Of a DNA stretch of 64,000 nucleotides, positions 27,501-39,400 are shown piece by piece. A model generated the notes under the pieces. It was given only the letters and a program-made list of their open reading frames with translations. It was not told the DNA's origin and ran no database searches. Every line of letters starts with the position of its first letter. Positions within the stretch are counted from its first letter, which is position 1. The stretch is from Trichoplax adhaerens. Taxonomy: Eukaryota; Animalia; Placozoa. The stretch lies in contig NW_002060947.1 of NCBI RefSeq assembly GCF_000150275.1, positions 4,870,267 through 4,934,266 of the forward strand, given 5' to 3'. A program made the translations under genes and the position numbers.

Positions 27501-29818
27501 AAAGGATCGATTTTTTGAACAAGTACCACATTTGCAATTATTGTAAGTCATAAATTAAAACTTGTTATGCTTGATTTGCTTCAATTATTATGGCAAAAGT
27601 TTGTTAATATTTGCAATAACGTACAGTAGCTGGCATCCTCATTGCTATTTTATTAAATTAATGATTAATTTTTATAGATCTATCGCAAACAATCCCTTAC
27701 TAAATATTTCATCGGAATCGTTTTTTGGTCCAGCTCAACTCAGTAGCATGTAAGGCAAAGTACTCACTTTGGCTATATTTCCTTTAAATTTAGAAAATTT
27801 AACCAATGATATATTATTTCGAAAGATTTACGATAATTCAAAAGGCAACAGCTTAAGATTAGAAGGCAGCAAAAGTAAAATTTTTCGGCTGAGTACCCTA
27901 TAATATAAACTGACTGACATATGTGTTATAGTAATCAATACCACAGTTCGATATTCGTATTATTACTACAAACGAATGATACCGCTTTAAGGTTGCATTT
28001 ATTCTTAGACAGAATATGATTACAGTATCATGAATTTAAAGACCACAAATATGAGTAAAGTATACTCGTATACTGTTATTCTGAAGGCATATTCGATCTT
28101 CTAAAAGAATTACATAATTTTATTTATAACGGAAATAATATTACATCATAGATTGAGGTAGACCATTAAAAGTCTCGTCTTACGTGATGATAATAAATGA
28201 ACTTATGAATTTTTAATTGCTAGATTTTGTAATATTGATATCTATTTAAGAGCAGTGAATTGATGATTGGCTTTATATCATTTATGCATTAATTGTTTAG
28301 TACCGAACTTCCTTTCACTATCCTTGACTGTCAATAGCCCGAATTTTCTTAGTTTAACTGCATATTATTATTATGTGGCATAAATCAGCATAGATTTCTT
28401 ATAATATTGTTTTCATTGGGTACTTTAATACGAGCCAATCCGATATGCTCTGTCGGCTTAAAGCTAACTAATTCTAAGGGTGTTAATTGAGTACAAATAC
28501 GGTACTATTTCTGCAATTTCTTTATTAAGTACGCCTAAATGATATTTTCTTCGTACCAACTTTCAATTTCTTTGTAGATTTACAGATTTCACTGATCGAT
28601 AACAATTTATTATTCACATTTTATGCTAATAGATTTTCTACCAGGGATTATCTTTGCTGCATTGTACCTGCGAAAGTTACACATTGTATACCATTACCTG
28701 ATCAAGATTCTCTATCGACATGCAATAATATCTTACCTCATTTTACTTTGCAATTATTCGTTTGGATTATTGGTATTGCAGCATTAATTGGTAGTATTAT
28801 GGTCCTGATACGTAATCATTGCTTTTATAGCAATCGCAGTAACCGAAAACGTGTTCCCGTTTTGTTAATATCAAATCTAGCGGTAGTCGATTTACTTATG
28901 GCATTATACTTATTAATAATCGCTATTGCTGATCAGTATTACCGGGGATTTTATGGCTCACGAACAGAAAAGTGGTTAACTAGTATTCCGTGCTACTTTG
29001 CTTGTTTCTTAGTATCATTATCAAGTTTAATGTCAGTTTACACCATCGGTTTCATTTGTCTTGATCGTTATATTCATATTGGTGTGCCATTCGCTCAAAA
29101 ATTTTTAACAATGCAAACAGCTCAAATAGCTTTAGGTATCGGCTGGCTATTTAGCATTATATTTGTCATTATTCCAGTTGCTAACAGTGTGGGCAAGTAC
29201 GGTGATCAACGCATTTATAAATACAGCAGTGTGTGTGTACCAAGTAATGTAGAGAATTTAAACTATCGGAAATGGTTAGCAACATTCACTTTGTTAACCT
29301 TAATCATATGGATTATGACTGCTACCATTTATATTTTGTTCTTGATATCATTGAAAACTTCCAGAAAGTTATCTAATCGGAATATTGATCGAGGAGAGAA
29401 ACGTTTAACATTGCGAATTTTATTAATTGTAGTAACAAATTTTTCATCATGGATGCCATATTATATCTTAATAGTTCAATTTCTTTGGACCGGATGGTTT
29501 AATATTTATGCATTACAATTTATTGCTATCTTTGCATTACCTCTTAACGCGGCACTGAACCCATACCTATATACATTTACTAATCCAGCTGTGACATACT
29601 GCTATCCTTGGCTACAATCTAAATTTAGGCGATTTCTACGACCATTAGTTACCGCTATAGGCCATATTTTTTCACGTAATCATAAATCTAAAATGTCATC
29701 AAGCACAGAAGTTAAATTATCGTCAAAGGTAATTTTTCAATCTTCCGGCATCTATCAAACCAATCAGATAGAAACTACCACTACTTTTACGACTGCAACT
29801 GTAGCTAATGATTTATAG
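6542..29818 (+). CDS. Giant leucine-rich-repeat GPCR (LGR; RXFP/GRL101-like hinge, no LDLa seen), ~44 exons, ~1490 aa
   Basis: Signal-peptide exon 6542-6602 (MYLSIWKIMVIILNVSHQLV) and LRRNT exon 6830-6947 (CNPFCSCTKEKIQC). Then 41 GT-AG phase-2 LRR exons start at 14031, 14445, 14617, 15381, 15545, 15819, 15995, 16140, 16660, 16810, 16964, 17136, 17344, 17783, 17998, 18209, 18623, 19979, 20192, 20538, 20743, 21246, 21409, 21611, 21889, 22057, 22326, 22856, 23308, 23760, 23958, 24664, 24875, 25847, 26084, 26280, 26804, 26966, 27268, 27471 and 27678; 29 are exactly 72 nt (e.g. RLSGNQLTTIPSSAFINLPNLELM). The terminal exon 28633-29818 encodes the hinge YLCCIVPAKVTHCIPLPDQDSLSTCNNIL and a class-A 7TM (SNLAVVD, LDRY, SWMP, NPYLY). 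Confidence 0.85.
19012..19642 (+). mobile_element. ~630-bp TG...CA element, copy A (solo-LTR-like or non-autonomous transposon), in an LGR intron
   Basis: Begins TGTCACA and ends TGTAACA. Flanked by the 5-bp direct repeat ATTAG (19007-19011 / 19643-19647). Closely similar along its full length to 31419-32052. Confidence 0.88.
20071..20120. other. Assembly gap (50 N)
   Basis: Run of n characters inside an LGR intron; true size unknown. Confidence 0.99.
25169..25801 (-). mobile_element. ~630-bp TG...CA element, copy D (more diverged, inverted), in an LGR intron
   Basis: Perfect 7-bp terminal inverted repeat TGTTACA...TGTAACA. 5-bp TSD AATAT (25164-25168 / 25802-25806). The reverse complement shares blocks with copy A (ttatcttgttgcaaagctg, atacgaggcgt, ttccgtgataggacatat). 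Confidence 0.82.
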
Positions 29819-30872
29819 TTATATTAGTAAACTATAATAGCTAAATAGCAAAGAAAATTTATTTTGTAGCACACGATTACCCAATAATCCAATGCATGCT
29901 ATCAAATAAAGCAGATTAATTTTATACTTTGCTTCGAATATCTGTATGCTAGTAGGACTCTCATGTATTCAATGTCTTTACTACTTATTGCTTGTTATAT
30001 GTTAATGATATATAAATAATAAAATTCAACAGTTTATTCTTGACATAAGCTAAAAGTGAAGCATTCAGAGTTCGGTTAAGAAATGATTTAAAGAATTGCT
30101 GCACTTAAATTAGGATGATTTCCAAAACTCTACTCAAATTTGTAGACCTTAGTCATATTAGAAAACACTAATCAATTATTTTAAAATTATATAAGTGAAT
30201 TATATCATAGTATGCAAGTTACAGATACTATAATGCGTAACTATGGTATGTTGAAATTACTAAACTCTACACACTATAATCGTCATAGTGACCATCGTTG
30301 GACTCTCATGTAGCAATGTGCGTAATGTATAAAGTTATGATTACGATCTTAGTATAGCTTTATGGATTATTCTACATATAATTAAAACGACATTATATAG
30401 TTACGCATCTTGTATTGCATACAATAGCCATACTAATTTTTGTTGTTATTAGTTAACATTAAACCTTTCATAGCTGTGGCACTCTGATAAAGCTATGCAT
30501 CATTTGATAATTGGGGTATTTTCTACGTAATATAATGCACGTCTTGATTACGATTACTTATTGTAACTATAACTCAAATATAGATCGTATCTGTGCAGCA
30601 ATATCATTATAGTTATATGCAGTAGGCCTACCGTGTATATAAATTGATAGACTTGTATAGCAATCTGGCGCGTAATTAGTACATTTCGGTTAGCATTACT
30701 AAATGTCCTTTCAGTTATTTTCTCGTATAGAGATATATAATGAATCATTCAATAGTTCCTCAAATGCGTATTGCCATAAAACATTTTAATCATTACTTTT
30801 ACAGTAAATATAACCGTTTAATGTATCAATCATCAATTCTTCAATATAGACAAACTATCTATTGCTGTGAAC

Positions 30873-31101
30873 AGAAAATTATCGATAAGATATATTGCTA
30901 TATAATGACGCTATCATCGTTTATGCTACACATACAACTGTGCGATATAATAAATATATCATCATCAATTTTTCAATACACACTGCTATAGAAAATTACC
31001 GATAAGACATGTTGCTATGTAATGACTCAATCATCATTTATGCTACACATAAAACTGTGCGATATAAGATATCATCATCAATTTTGCAATACACTTTGCT
31101 A
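30873..31101. repeat. Tandem duplication of a ~115-bp unit (2 copies, with degenerate remnants downstream)
   Basis: agaaaattatcgataagatatattgctat...tatgctacacatacaactgtgcgatataa...caatacacactgctat recurs at 30990. tcaatcatc-type fragments continue to ~31400 and again after 32070. Confidence 0.75.
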
Positions 31102-31418
31102 TCTAGTTTCGGAACCAGATCTTCCCTAATATGCTCTGCTGTATATAGTATTTCAATCATCGCTTGACTAATGCATACAACTAAAGTATATAGTGCCTCA
31201 GTCAACATTTCTCCAATGGATGTTGCTATGTAGTATCTCAATCATCACTTCTGTCGTCTATACTACTGTACAATAAATGTAGCTATCTAGTGTCGCAGCT
31301 ACAGTAATGATACCGTACTATATATAGTGTTTTAGTCTTCGATGATTTTTGAATTGATGCAGGGATATTGCACACATATAATGTTTCAATCATCACTCCT
31401 GCTACTTTTGAAGATACA

Positions 31419-32052
31419 TGCCACAAAATAGCTTTGCAACAAGATAACGTAATGTACGATCAATAAGTCAATTCCTTGAACCACATATCAAGGAACGATA
31501 TCCGCAATATCAGAAACACTTTTTGCTTTACTAGCAGACTACACAAAGACTTAGACGCCTCGTATTTTACGTTAAACACTAGTTGGAGAATCCACTTTAT
31601 TACACTATATACTGCATTTATATACTACTCCTCAATAGTTCATGAGTCGTAGTTAATACAATTAACATTGGAATCATTTACTGAATTAGGTATTAATTTT
31701 ATTTTAGCTACTGCTCCCCTAATGCAGACAGCAGTATTTACAAACGTAGACATGTGATGACTAATACAGAATAGTCAGATTACGATATGTCCTATCACGG
31801 ACCATTTCCATGATAATTTACAATCTACCGTAAGTAAATTACAATCACAATGATTCGAACTGTAAGTAGATAATTTGCATTCCCTATTATAACTATTAAT
31901 TCAGTATGTGTATAAGTGTCACTGTCATAAAAAGTCAGTGCTATATTAAAACACAGTATATCCAAATTAGAAGTTAACTAAATAAGGATAGTCTAACAGG
32001 ATTATCCTAACATAGATATTTCTACTCTAATACAGTATATAACACTGTAACA
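31419..32052 (+). mobile_element. ~630-bp TG...CA element, copy B, between the LGR and Dachsous 3' ends
   Basis: Begins TGCCACA and ends TGTAACA. 5-bp TSD ATACA (31414-31418 / 32053-32057). Co-linear with copy A, with scattered substitutions. Confidence 0.88.
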
Positions 32053-33439
32053 ATACAGTATACGTATAATTTATCAATCATCAACTCTCAATTCCTTTAT
32101 AGAGTATAATATTATATATGCGCAATAGCAATCATCTCGACTCTGATACGTTTAACTATTTATTGTAGCAAATTCAGCGCTTCTCTTATTGATACGCTAT
32201 CATTGTCGCATTTTATGATTATTCTTAATTCGATATAGCTGTAGCTGTTCCCTACATTATATTGCAGTCATCTTATTCCGTATGAATAATTAACCAATTA
32301 TAATTGTTAGTAATCTTCTTATTAAGCTGGATTAATTTTCGAAAAGTAGCCAGAGATTGAACGTTGCTTACTTTGTGCGCTCTCTATTTATCCATGTATT
32401 CGTACTACAGGATCATATTCAATCTATTATTATTAGTATTATTGGAACGATTCATAATATAATTGTAATGGAAAGTGTAAAGACTAATCAGAATCTGTAT
32501 GTTCTTGAAACTGCAAGCTGTAAAATCACCTCAATTTTATTCTCTAAGCTGTTCATAGACAGTAGATATTTATGATTAAAAATATATGCCCCGTTTTCAT
32601 ATTTATCGTGAAAGCGTGCGAACGCATGAAGTTTATGTTGTTACAATGTATAAATTTATTATTATCGTTATTAATTTTATACATACATATATACAAAACC
32701 AGCTTGATGTTACTGCAAATAAGCGCCATATAACCTTGTACACCATGGATACGAAAATGCTGCTATGTCAAAAACAGCTAATAAAGTTACAACAACCTTT
32801 AGAATGTTCATACCATTTACGTGCTTTGAATAAAATAATGAAACGGATGTATATTTTTAAGAAAGTCTTACTACAAATCTTATATTTAAAATATTACAAA
32901 AATTAAACTAATTACATTATCTTTACAATAGAAACATCTATCCTGCATATCAAAAATACTGCATGAAACCGGGTAATAAGATTACATATGTATGAATATA
33001 GAGTGAGACCCTATATTACGATATGTGTATTATATATATATACAATTTAAATATCTTGTATGAAAATAGGAAAATATTTTTCACTTTATACCGTGTAATT
33101 TGATGCATATTATGATGCCGTCACTACTTATAAGAAAGTAATATTGCTAATAAACTTAAAAAGCAAACAATAATTATATTGTTCACAATGTATTAGCAAT
33201 ACAATTGATAATGTAGACGATGTTCAAATTTTTCTAATAACAGTTATGACTTGCGTTTGAAATGTAATATCGTGTTGAAAGATATATTTTGTCGATATAA
33301 AAATTAAAGTACTGTTTTTTTAGTATCGTCTACAATAGCCGTTGGATGGATGTTAACCGTAGCTAAAAATATCTATTTGTTATCAAGAATTATATTTCAC
33401 TAATAAGATAACGAATACAAAGTATGAAAAAATTGTTAC

Positions 33440-36400
33440 TTATACGTTGATAGCATCAGCTGACTCAGGCATTGATGGTGTTCGTTGTGATGATCTCATG
33501 CTAGTCATTTCCATTTGTACAGGATTTGGACGGAAACTGTTGCTATGCTGCCGATGGTGGATATGACGATCCTTCATGTTATCGACTGGATTAACAGTGG
33601 TTTGCATGCGGGATTTATCTTTATTATACGTGCTCATTACTGACGTCTTCGGTTTTGATCTCGAACAATCTGTGGCATTAATACCGTTTACATTACGTGA
33701 CAGTCGAGAGTTTGAGTACTGATTACGATCAACTCTTGAAGGAATTGAGGAAAAAGTATCATCTTTACTATCAAAGTTGTCTTCAAGGCATGATTCATTA
33801 CTTTCATAATAAGGTTGATTATATCCAGCTGAACTATACATGCCTTTAGGATAATTTCCATCATGCCTAGTGATCATAGATTGATCTGAATCAATGTCAC
33901 TATGGCTATGAACTGAAGGATTTCCAAGTCCCATAGTCGATGATGCTCTATTGGAATTATTATTATGCGAGATTGAATCCAATGAATGACCGTAATATTC
34001 GTTACTTGGATTAATTGATGAATGATTGGATGCTTCTGATAATTCTTCATCACTGTCTTTAAAATGTTGTTCAGTTAAAGGTTGATTTCTAATTGAATTA
34101 CTTAACCTATTCGATGTGGGACGATAGTTTTTGTGATAGCTAGAACGATGTGGATGCATATGATCTTGGTGTTGCATTGATAGTGGCCGATGATGATTGT
34201 TAATATCGCGACTACTATCCGTTATAATTCCGCTTAGGTCTATTTGACTATCCATTGTCGATATCGGTGATGCTATATTAGTCGATGATGGAGGTAAAGG
34301 TGACATCATATGTGAAAGATTATTTGAATGAATCAGTGATTGATAGGCATCCGAGTTGTAATTTATCCTTGGAGGATTAGGGCTACTCGATTCAGTCTTT
34401 GGAGACTTTTTATCTTTTAAACTTAACTTATGACCGCCTTTGAGATCAATATCTTCGATATTGTCCGTATCAGTTTTTGTTGAAGCGATATCGTCCACTA
34501 TATCCTTAACTGAATTATAATTAGGTTCAAATTTGCTGGGGTTAAAATCACCCTGCAATAACTCTTTCTTGCTAATCATGTCATTAGTGTATTCATAATG
34601 CCATTTTCGTGGTTTTGTAGTTGACTTTATTGATGTGCCACCATCGTCGTCATAATCATTTTCTTCTAAACTATCAATAGCTAGGCTTGTCGTGCTAAAA
34701 TCTAAATCTTGACCATCAAATTCACCACCTCCTTCAATAGTAAAATTATGAGTACTTCCAAGGTGTGGCAAACAACTTCTTAAATCAGCATCGGAATTAT
34801 TTAATATTTGCCTACCAATATCTTCCAAATAATTAGGATTATTACCTAAAGGTAAGTTGATGTTATCTTGGCTATGATAGACTGTGTTTAAATCAGCAGG
34901 CAAACTTCGATGCATATCTGGTAAGCCGGTTTCTTCATCATAATCGGGTTCATTATCGATATCATGCAAGTGGCTTTCAGATGAACCTCGACCACTTGAA
35001 GATGAATCATTATTATAGCTTGCTCTATGTACTTGTGTTAATCCTCTTTCCAGTTGGCTACAATCAGAGCCATCTTGTGCAGCAGTATTATCGTGTCCTC
35101 GTAGATTCTGAGGACTATAGTTACTACTTTGAATCCCCTGATTATCGATGACGTTTGTGAAAGGTCCTTGAAGTGACTGATTCTTTCTTTTATTCCAATA
35201 TTTTACTTTAATAACGATAAGCACAATAATTAGCATTGATACCAATAGGGCTACTCCTAAAGCTATGATAATGATTAATGTCTCTTGAGACATATTTGTC
35301 GGACACTTGATACACGTAGCATTTATCTGGATGTCTACTTTTGTGATATCATAAATTGTTGAATTAAAACTTGGTCCAGCTCTAATGTACATGCGCTGGT
35401 CACTTTGTGGATATTCTCCAGTTCGATTCAGTATAATTTGTCCAGAAGTAGAATTTAGCAAGTAACCGATACGGTCACTTGTTGGCATAAAAAAATAATA
35501 AATTTCACTACCTCGACCAGCATCGAAGTCATGAGCAATTACTTTTCCCACGATATCTCCATTTGAAAAATTAGATAGCACATGAAATAGATACGATGAC
35601 TGTTCAAATTTGGGTGGAAATTCATTTTCTCCTGTAATTGTAACAATGACTGGCACAATCGCTCGATTAGGTGGAACGTAATTATCTTCAGCTTCAACTT
35701 GGAAGTAATATTTTTCTTGTTTTTCTGTATCTACTTCTTTTGCTAGTGCAATAATACCGGTTAATGAATGAATTTGAAAATAAGTGTCATCTGATGGATG
35801 TGATGGATTGGCGATCAATTTATAGGTTATTTTATCCGCAGTAGAACTATTGGCATCGATAGTCATCACCGTTGATCCAATTCGGCTATTTTCCGCAATA
35901 CTTCCAAAATATTGTTGTTGACTAAATCTTGGTGCTTGTGGGCTTTTAGATATCGTGATGGTCACTAATGTTGTACTGTTTCTTGTACCAATAGCTGCGC
36001 CATCGCTAGCTAATATTGTTAAATTATAGACACCAATATCTTGCTGATTTAGGATTCGACTAACAGTAACAATTCCTGTCGTTGGTTGTATTTGAAAGAG
36101 TTTTTTGTTATTACCAGAGATAATAGAATACTTAACTTGACCATTTGCTCCGTGATCTTGATCATTGGCATGCAATTTAATAACAATGTCAGTCTTGTTA
36201 GCATCTAAGGTAACCAGTGCTTGATATTGGCTAACATTAAATTTTGGAGCGTGGCTATTTGCGTCATCCAAATAAATTTCAGCTGTAACATAACCTGATT
36301 GTGGTACTGTACCTTGATCTCGTGCTTGTAAGGTTAGTACAAATAAGCGGTCGTTTTGACCGTTAACATTTAACCGTTTTATATTTTTAATTATACCTGA

Positions 36401-39400
36401 TATATTATTCATTTCAAATAATCCATAATTATTACCAGAAATAATGCTATATGTGATAATAGAATTACGCCGTGAACGATCTAGATCAGTAGCATGAACT
36501 TGTAATATTTCAGTTCCAATAGGTACATTTTCTGGTACATGTTGTATGTATTTATTTTTATCAAACACAGGTGCTTTATCATTGACATCAGTAATTTGTA
36601 TACGAACAGGCACTAATGCAATTAATTGAGGAAAGCCATTATCACGTGCTGTAATTACTAATTGGATGATTGGCATGTTAGGATTATATTCAATAGTTCG
36701 ATCGGTATAAATCGTTCCTGTTGTTGAATTAATATAAAATTGATTTGTAGACGTGATTTCAATGGAGTAAACTATTCTGCTATTGTCACCAGAATCTTGA
36801 TCGGTAGCATGGACAGTTACAACAGGCTGATGAGGTGGTGAAAATTCTTGTAAAGTTGCTTCATAAGTTGGTTTATCAAACACTGGTGCATTATCATTGT
36901 AATCCAAAACATTAACAATGAGTATTGTTTGCGCTTTCTGTATTTGATCCGTTGCTTGTACAATAAGTTCATAGCTGGTAATTCTTTCGTAATCTAAGCG
37001 TCTGGCTAAAGTTATTAAGCCGCGAAATGAATCGATGCTAAACGTATCATTACCATTGCCATTCGGCTTAAAGCTATAAGTTATATTGGATCGTACATCA
37101 GAGTCCGACGCTGTGACAAGGGTAATAATAGTTCCAACTTGTGTATTTTCAGAGATGTTGACTGGTGGAACATAATGAAATAATGGTGGACTATCATTCA
37201 TATCAATCACGGAAATCCTAACTGAACAGGTACTGTAGAGCGTTGTATCGTTATAGTCATAAGCTTTTACAATTAAATCGAACGATGGATATTTTTCGTA
37301 ATCTAAATTTTTCATCGTATATAACTGGCCACTACGTTCAGAAATGCCAAACGTCTGACCTAAATTCCCAGCAACGATCTCGTAACGGATTAAAGCAAAT
37401 TCATTAGAATCACGATCAGTGGCGACTATCGGATAAATAGCCATACCGGCTCGTGTAGATTCATCGATAGTTAAATGATAATACTCATGCTTAAATCGTG
37501 GCCGATTATCGTTAACATCGGTTAAATTAATTTGCAAGGTTAGATACCCATTAACAATGGATGGCGAATTAATACTAGCCACAATAATTAAATTAAAAGA
37601 TTTGTTAATTTCATAATCAAGTTGCTTGCTATCAGCAACCGTAACATCCCCTGTAATAGCATTAATTGCAAACGCATTACCAGTATTGCCACTAGTAATA
37701 CTATACGTTACGCTATTGCTGTTCACATTACTAGTTTGAACTTTAGTGATAAAAGTACTGCTTGGAGAATTTTCTGGTACAGTTGTGCTTATAACGTTGG
37801 GATTAAATTGTGGTTTGTTAAGTGCAAAATTGCCAACATTAACTTCAACGTAGCCTGTACCACGTAGTGCAGGATTACCGTGATCGGTTGCAATTAATCT
37901 TAACGTATATCGATAATTAGGCCTATCACCAAGTGAAGCAATAGTTTTAATAACTCCAGTGGATGAATTAATTGAAAATCTTGAAGTTGATACATCAAAT
38001 GAGTAACTAATTTGACCATTCGAACCAAAATCATTGTCAATTGCCTGTACGCTTATAATGGAAGTTTGTGGGCTAGTTGATGACGAAATGTTAACCACAT
38101 AAGGAACTTGAGTAAAGGTAGGTATAACGTCGTTAATATCAGTAACTCTGACATCAACACTAACTATTGCTGTTCGAATTCCAAATGGTGACATATCGCT
38201 AGCATTGACCAGAAAATTATAGCTAAATCGTGAAAAAACATAAAATGCAGATATGAGTCAACGCTTAACATATAAAGCAAATATATAGAATTAAAATAAG
38301 ACTAAAGTGATCTCTGTTGACTGTCGACCTAATACTAATGTTTCATACTAAAGACCATTTTTACATCAGAAAATTTTCCTTCTTATATAATTCTAATCCT
38401 ATCATATCGTATTAGCGTTATAGGTCATAAAGTGAAATTACAGTGCAGATACTATTTTCTTTCTAAAAATTGGTCATTTACTCGTATAAAGAATAAGTAG
38501 CAATTGCATAACAGACAGGTATCCTCAGATCACAGAGAAAGTTTCATTAAAGCTAAGAAAAGACTATTGTCTAGGTTTATCAATCACGGCATATTATCTA
38601 GCTTACGAAGAACTATTTAATAGCTGACCATAAAATTTAAATATTTAAGTCGGGTAAGGTAGATAAAGAAAGTAAAAGAATTTATTTCTATTTATGCTGG
38701 CTGACCTTGCTATAGTTTCTCGATCTAATCTTGCAGCGGTTGCAATGCGCCCAGTAACAGGATTAATGGTAAATGCTTTATGGACATTATCGGTACCAAT
38801 AATTGAATAACGTATAATTTGGTTTGGTCCACTATCGGCATCGGTAGCGTAGACAGTGGTAACCGTTGTATTTATGGCTACGGATTCAGCAATAGATGCG
38901 CTGTATCTTGTCTGATTAAATTTAGGATCATGGTCATTTTGATCAGTAACAATAACAGTAACTTTGGTTGTAGAATTTAGAGATGGACTACCGTTATCTT
39001 TAGCCATGACAGTTAATTGATACTGAGCGATACGTTCACGATTTAAAGATTTAGTTGTTGACAACTCGCCAGTTTGAGGATTGATTAAAAAACTGTTATC
39101 CACATTACCAGATACGATACTATACGTAATTCGACTATTGCTATCTTTATCCTTATCGACGGCGATAATACGATCCACTTTTGTGGGTGGAAAATTTTCA
39201 GGAATATAAAAAGTATGGCTTTGATTGCTGAATTGCGGTGGATTATCATTAATATCTAAGACTGTGATAACAACTTGTGTTGAGCTATATTTCGACGGTA
39301 ATGCATTATCATGAGCATCAACAGTCAAAATGTATTGTGGATGTTGTTCACGATCCAAATATTTTGCAGTTGTAATACGACCAGCCTGACTATCGATCTT

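Noticed and set aside
28748-29818. Stand-alone intronless 356-aa GPCR, as listed in the ORF track
   Set aside because: It starts at TTG. The frame is open back to a splice acceptor at 28632 and encodes the LGR hinge, so this is the last exon of the large gene.
19012-32052. Copies A and B as the two LTRs of one retrotransposon carrying part of the GPCR gene
   Set aside because: Each copy has its own different TSD (ATTAG vs ATACA), the interior is intron-containing host gene, and no gag/pol is visible.
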